Source: Ruminococcus sp. (GTDB lineage: Bacteria > Bacillota > Clostridia > Oscillospirales > Acutalibacteraceae). From it: a stretch of 64,000 nt of DNA. Made by a program: the position numbers and the translations under genes. The stretch is taken from contig JBJEOT010000058.1 of NCBI GenBank assembly GCA_051880855.1, positions 1,893 through 65,892 on the forward strand, written 5' to 3'. Shown here in pieces: positions 59,664-64,000 of this stretch (within the stretch, counting starts at the first letter, position 1; the number at the start of each line of letters is the position of its first letter). A model generated the notes under the pieces. It was not told where the DNA came from, searched no databases, and saw only the letters and a program-made list of their open reading frames with translations.

Positions 59664-59691
59664 TTGACAAAACCTGATTTTTCAGTATAAT
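59664..59691 (+). promoter_or_regulatory. Promoter of CMP-kinase-like/MATE operon
   Basis: TTGACA-16 nt-TATAAT. Confidence 0.7.
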
Positions 59692-59695
59692 ATAT

Positions 59696-59897
59696 TGTGC
59701 TTGCTCGGAGGGCAAATCATTCAACGGAAATGATAAGCCGGATAAGGCAACAGGCTGAGATGCCTGTATGACTTATCCGGCTTTTAATTTTGATCATTTA
59801 ATAAGTCATCGGAGGATCTGCGGCCGCAGCCGCTGGATCGAAAAAGATGTCGGGTGCGCCCGGTTATTGCAAAAGATAACCGGGCGTTTTTTTATTT
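59696..59897 (+). promoter_or_regulatory. Structured attenuator-like 5' leader ending in an intrinsic terminator
   Basis: Hairpin AAGCCGGATAAG/CTTATCCGGCTT; GATC-GCGGC/GCCGC-GATC hairpin; terminator CGCCCGGTTAT/ATAACCGGGCG+T7 just before the RBS. Confidence 0.7.
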
Positions 59898-59917
59898 GAC
59901 TAAATGGAGGTATCATT

Positions 59918-60532
59918 ATGAAAATTATTACTATCAGCAGAGAATTCGGAAGCGGTGGACGAGAGCTTGGAAAGCGTCTGGCTGACGCTCTCGGTATTCC
60001 GTGCTACGATCACGAAATCATTGATATGGTTGCTGAAAAGCACGGCTTTGATAAAAACCATGTCGCACATATTTCAGAAAAAGATGTTCGTGTATTTTAC
60101 CCCACAACCATAGCACATCGTCTTGTTGCTCCTCATCCTATCACACAACAATCATTATCTATTACTATGGCTGAACACGAACTTATTAAAGAGCTTGCAA
60201 GTGAAGGTGATTGCGTTATGGTAGGTCGCTGTGCAGACATTATTTTGCGTGAAATGAACCCTATGAATATCTTTGTTTATGCAAACAGGGAATCAAAGCT
60301 GAAACGCTGTAAAAATCGGGCAGAAGAAAACGAGCATATTGCGGAAAAAGAAATGCTCAGGAAAATGAAGCAAATTGATAAAGAGCGTGCCGCATATCGA
60401 TCACTTTTTACCGAAGAAGATTGGGGCAGAAAAGAATCCTACCACCTTTGCATAAACACCTCGGATAAGGACATTAAGGCTCTCATCCCTGCTGTTACAG
60501 AATATGTCAGGCTTTGGTTTGGTCAGAATTAA
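59918..60532 (+). CDS. Cytidylate kinase-like family protein (Cytidylate_kin2)
   Basis: IITISREFGSGGRELG..LA..LG, CVMVGRCAD, IDKER..Y, YHLCINTS. Confidence 0.9.
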   Translation: MKIITISREFGSGGRELGKRLADALGIPCYDHEIIDMVAEKHGFDKNHVAHISEKDVRVFYPTTIAHRLVAPHPITQQSLSITMAEHELIKELASEGDCVMVGRCADIILREMNPMNIFVYANRESKLKRCKNRAEENEHIAEKEMLRKMKQIDKERAAYRSLFTEEDWGRKESYHLCINTSDKDIKALIPAVTEYVRLWFGQN

Positions 60533-60544
60533 CGGAGGAATTTC

Positions 60545-61858
60545 ATGGCATCATCAAGAAGTAATACAATTTTCAGAAATGTAGCACCGGCAATTTTATC
60601 AAATGCGTGTGTGTTTTTATTTTCGGTAGTCGACGGCATTTTTGTCGGTAACGGTGCCGGAAGTCAGGCACTCGGTGCCGTCAACATCGCGTTGCCCTTC
60701 GTATTGATTGCACAAGCACTGAATGCAATGGCAAGCATAGGCGGCGTTACCATTACTGCAATAAGATTCGGACGAGGTGACAAAGAAGGGGCGCAAAACG
60801 CCTTTATACATTCATTCACCTTAAATCTTATTGTCGGTATACTTATTACATTGTCAGGTTCTGTGTTTACCGGTGCAGTATGCGGTTTGCTGGGTGCATC
60901 GGATAGTTATTTATCACTTGTCAAAGAATATGTATTCTGGTATGCACTTTTTGCTATTCCGAATGCGCTATCTTTGAACTTACAATCCTTCTGCCGTAAC
61001 GATGGCTCTCCCGGACTTGTTGCAGTTACTAATGTTATCAGTACGGCACTTAATGTTTTCCTTGACTGGCTGTTTGTATTTCCAATGCAGATGGGGGTTA
61101 TGGGTGCAGCTGTTGCAACCGGTATTTCTCAGACTGTAGGTTTGCTGATAGCTTTAACACACTATGTATTCAAAAAAGGTAATCTTAGTATCAGCAGATA
61201 TAAACCGCAGGGAAAGCTCTTCAGAAAAATTGTTTTCAGAGGATTACCGGAAGCGATTGCACAGTTTTCCACGCCTGTCACTACACTCTGTATGAACTAT
61301 ACACTGATGGCAACCTATGGAGATATCGGAATTAATGCATTTGCCATTATTTCCTATCTTTCTTCCTTTACAATGTCGGTATTCTTTGGTGCAACGGAGG
61401 GAATGCAGCCACTGTTCGGTCAGGCATACGGTGCAAAAGAAGACGATAATCTTAAGCATTATTACCGTGCAGGTCAGCTGATAAGTATCATAGGAAGTGC
61501 GCTTTGTGTAGCAGTTTATGTCATCTTCCCGCATTTTCTCTGCAAGCTGTTCGGTGCAGACCGCGAAACTCTTGACTTTACCGCAAAACATATGTGGGAA
61601 TATTGTTGGGGCTTTATTGTCGGAAGTATCAATAGTATGCTCTCTGCATATTTCTACTCCACAAAGCGTTCAGGTCAGGCAATCGCTCTCAATATTGTTC
61701 GCAGTCTTGTGATGAATTCGCTGATTATCACGCTTCTGCCGATGATTTTCGGAAGTGCTGTAGTATGGCACGCTTTTGGTATTTATGAGACTCTTGTACT
61801 TATTTTTGCATTTGTGCTCAAAAAGACTTCAGAACGAAAGGGCATTATTTACAGATAA
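60545..61858 (+). CDS. MATE family efflux transporter (MepA-like)
   Basis: VDGIFVG, ALGAVNI, RNDGSP, NVFLDWLF, GVMGAAVAT, QPL.G..YGA. Confidence 0.92.
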   Translation: MASSRSNTIFRNVAPAILSNACVFLFSVVDGIFVGNGAGSQALGAVNIALPFVLIAQALNAMASIGGVTITAIRFGRGDKEGAQNAFIHSFTLNLIVGILITLSGSVFTGAVCGLLGASDSYLSLVKEYVFWYALFAIPNALSLNLQSFCRNDGSPGLVAVTNVISTALNVFLDWLFVFPMQMGVMGAAVATGISQTVGLLIALTHYVFKKGNLSISRYKPQGKLFRKIVFRGLPEAIAQFSTPVTTLCMNYTLMATYGDIGINAFAIISYLSSFTMSVFFGATEGMQPLFGQAYGAKEDDNLKHYYRAGQLISIIGSALCVAVYVIFPHFLCKLFGADRETLDFTAKHMWEYCWGFIVGSINSMLSAYFYSTKRSGQAIALNIVRSLVMNSLIITLLPMIFGSAVVWHAFGIYETLVLIFAFVLKKTSERKGIIYR

Positions 61859-61871
61859 ATGAGGTATCCTG

Positions 61872-63236
61872 ATGTCAGAGATAACAGCGAAAAAATCACT
61901 GAGCACCGATTTTCTGAACGGAAAAATCAGACCAATGTATTTTAAGTATCTGACTGCCGCTTTTGGCAGTGCGTTGATTTCGTCAATATACGGCGTGGTC
62001 GATATGGCAATGGTAGGTCAGTATCAGGGCCCTGACGGCACGGCTGCTTTGGCTGTTGTCAGCCCTATATGGAACATAATTTACAGTTTAGGTCTGCTAA
62101 TGGGAATCGGCGGTTCTGTCCTTTTCAGTATGCTCCGCGGTGAATCAGCAGAAAACCGTAAAAAATCCAACGAGTATTTTACTGCCGCTTTAATTGGCGT
62201 AGCGTTTTTGGCGGTTATTACTTGGGCAGCAGTTATCTTCTTTGACCGACAGTTACTTATGATGTTCGGTGCAGAAGAAACTCTGCTTCCGCTTGCACAG
62301 CGTTATCTTCTTCCCGTTAAATTTGCTGTACCGAGCTTTCTGCTGACACAGCTTATGGCGGCATTTCTGCGTAATGACGGTAATCCGTCACTTGCTACAA
62401 AAGCCGTTTTATTCGGCGGAATCTTCAATGTTTTCGGCGACTGGTTCTTTGTATTTGCTTTGAATATGGGAATTATGGGAGCAGGTCTTGCTACCGTTAT
62501 GGGCTCTGTTTTTTCTTTGCTGATTATGTTTACTCACTTTTTCAGCAAAAAGAATACCATCAAGCTGGAAAAACCCGCAAACTTACTCTCTATGATAAGA
62601 AAAATCAGCGTGACAGGCTTTTCCACATTCTTCATTGATGTGGCTATGGGAATTCTGACTATACTTTTCAACCGTCAGATTTTGCGTTACCTCGGCACAG
62701 ATGCACTGTCCGTTTACGGCATTATCATCAACATCAGTACCTTTGTTCAATGCTGCGCTTACAGTATAGGTCAGGCTTCCCAGCCGATTATCTCCACAAA
62801 CTACGGAGCACAAAAAGGTGAGCGAATCGCTCGGATTCTGAAATATGCATTAGGAACAGCCGTTGTATTCGGCGTTATCTGGACAGCGCTTGCGGAATTT
62901 GCACCTAATTTTTTCGTCCGTATTTTTATGACGCCCACCGAGAGCATTTTAGAAATAGCTCCTTCTATCATACGCGTATACGGAATTTCTTTTTTGCTGC
63001 TACCGCTTAATATCTTTTCAACTTACTATTTCCAAGCTTTGATGAAACCGACAACTTCCTTTATTGTATCGGTGTCAAGAGGTGCTGTTATCAGCGGTAT
63101 ACTGATTTATCTGCTTCCTTTGATTGCAGGTGCTGACAGTATCTGGCTTGCTATGCCTGTCACTGAATTTGTCGTTGCAGTTTTCGTAGCAATAATGATG
63201 GCTAGCTACACCAAAAAAATATCTGTTGCCAAGTAG
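61872..63236 (+). CDS. MATE family efflux transporter (second, divergent copy)
   Basis: VDMAMVG, FLRNDGNP, NVFGDWFF, GIMGAGLAT, QPIISTNYGA, IWLAMPVTE. Confidence 0.92.
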   Translation: MSEITAKKSLSTDFLNGKIRPMYFKYLTAAFGSALISSIYGVVDMAMVGQYQGPDGTAALAVVSPIWNIIYSLGLLMGIGGSVLFSMLRGESAENRKKSNEYFTAALIGVAFLAVITWAAVIFFDRQLLMMFGAEETLLPLAQRYLLPVKFAVPSFLLTQLMAAFLRNDGNPSLATKAVLFGGIFNVFGDWFFVFALNMGIMGAGLATVMGSVFSLLIMFTHFFSKKNTIKLEKPANLLSMIRKISVTGFSTFFIDVAMGILTILFNRQILRYLGTDALSVYGIIINISTFVQCCAYSIGQASQPIISTNYGAQKGERIARILKYALGTAVVFGVIWTALAEFAPNFFVRIFMTPTESILEIAPSIIRVYGISFLLLPLNIFSTYYFQALMKPTTSFIVSVSRGAVISGILIYLLPLIAGADSIWLAMPVTEFVVAVFVAIMMASYTKKISVAK

Positions 63237-63384
63237 ATATATATAAGTTTTATATTTCACATATCAGTTTACCGTGAGTTTTTATTGCTGTGTTATAATG
63301 CTATAAAATTAAAGCGATTATGCTTATCAGGTGGATACCGTTATGGTATTATAATTTTTGCAGAAATGAAAAAACCGCCCTAAA

Positions 63385-63500
63385 CGCAGTGCACTGCCAA
63401 ATTGTGCGGACAGTACCAAAAGCCCCTGGCGGTATAAAATATTATAATTTAAGCAACATACTGACATCTCTTTTCAAGTGGTGTCAGTTTTGTTTTTAGT
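63385..63500. mobile_element. Possible IS terminal remnant without transposase
   Basis: GCAGTGCACTGCCAAATTGTGCGGACAGTAC..AAAAGCCCCTGGCGGTATAAAAT resembles, from memory only, clostridial IS3-family ends; followed by a CTGACA/TGTCAG hairpin. Confidence 0.3.
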
Positions 63501-63713
63501 TGAATTCTTTGATGAATTTCCCCTAAGTATTGCATTCTGAAAAGTCCAAAATATGTTTTTTTAATTCATCAGTTAACATTTCCTTTTCCTCCTTTTACTG
63601 CACCTGAAAAAAAGTCATATAGTGATCATAAGTTACAAATAATAATACTATGATACCCTATGTTGATATTCAAAAGCAGCGCATAAAAATAAGACAGGGA
63701 AATGACATAACTT

Positions 63714-64000
63714 TTATGACTCTGAATAGTATTGTCTTCCGTCGTTTGTCATAGTTGGAACCCTATACTTATTTTGATAATCATTCCACAAGTTCATAAG
63801 GAAGTCGCTGTTTTCCCTTAAAAAAGGTTCTATAACTTTTTTATTATCTCTTTTATGCGGATAAACCAATTTGTCAATCGGTTCCAAAGTTTCTAATGAA
63901 TATCTTACACTAATGTTGTCCTTTTCAACATGGACATGAGGCATATACTTATGATTATCCTCATTAGCATGAATAATTATCTTGTATTTCTTATCAATAT
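63714..64000 (-). CDS. DUF4160-like protein (5' end beyond the window)
   Basis: Frame open to window edge: ...KYKIIIHANEDNHKYMPHVHVEK...FLMNLWNDY; NE..H..PHVHV and terminal W pattern; AT-rich. Confidence 0.6.
   Translation of the reverse strand, partial: IDKKYKIIIHANEDNHKYMPHVHVEKDNISVRYSLETLEPIDKLVYPHKRDNKKVIEPFLRENSDFLMNLWNDYQNKYRVPTMTNDGRQYYSES

Overview
Mostly core chromosome of a spore-forming Clostridia-type Firmicute (gene content, sigma-A promoters and gene order suggest Oscillospiraceae/Ruminococcaceae-like; the taxon is an inference). It carries trmB (partial), nif3/trmK, sigH divergent from comM, murA-walJ-rlmH-rqcH, an FtsX-type ABC exporter, gatCAB, pyk, a lysine-riboswitch-controlled amino-acid ABC importer, perR with a 36-aa rubredoxin, rsmF-rsmA, murI-DUF1934-argS, rpoBC, a PadR-DUF1700-DUF4097 module, rpsL-rpsG-fusA-tuf and tRNA-Arg(ACG). 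It also has an agr-like quorum-sensing locus with two LytTR regulators, a patatin, TPR-DUF4037 and a sugar ABC importer. From ~59.1 kb there is an accessory segment: fused pseudogene remnants, a structured attenuator-like leader, a CMP-kinase-like gene, two MATE pumps and a DUF4160-like partial gene. Three small genes missed by the ORF track were found by hand: a rubredoxin, AgrD, and a 48-aa protein that is 90% Asn/Gln. The most unusual signals are the N/Q microprotein with its antiparallel Cys-rich ORF and RBS-switch hairpins, the multi-state MATE leader, and an antisense promoter inside the rpoB leader. All calls are by eye; no searches were run.
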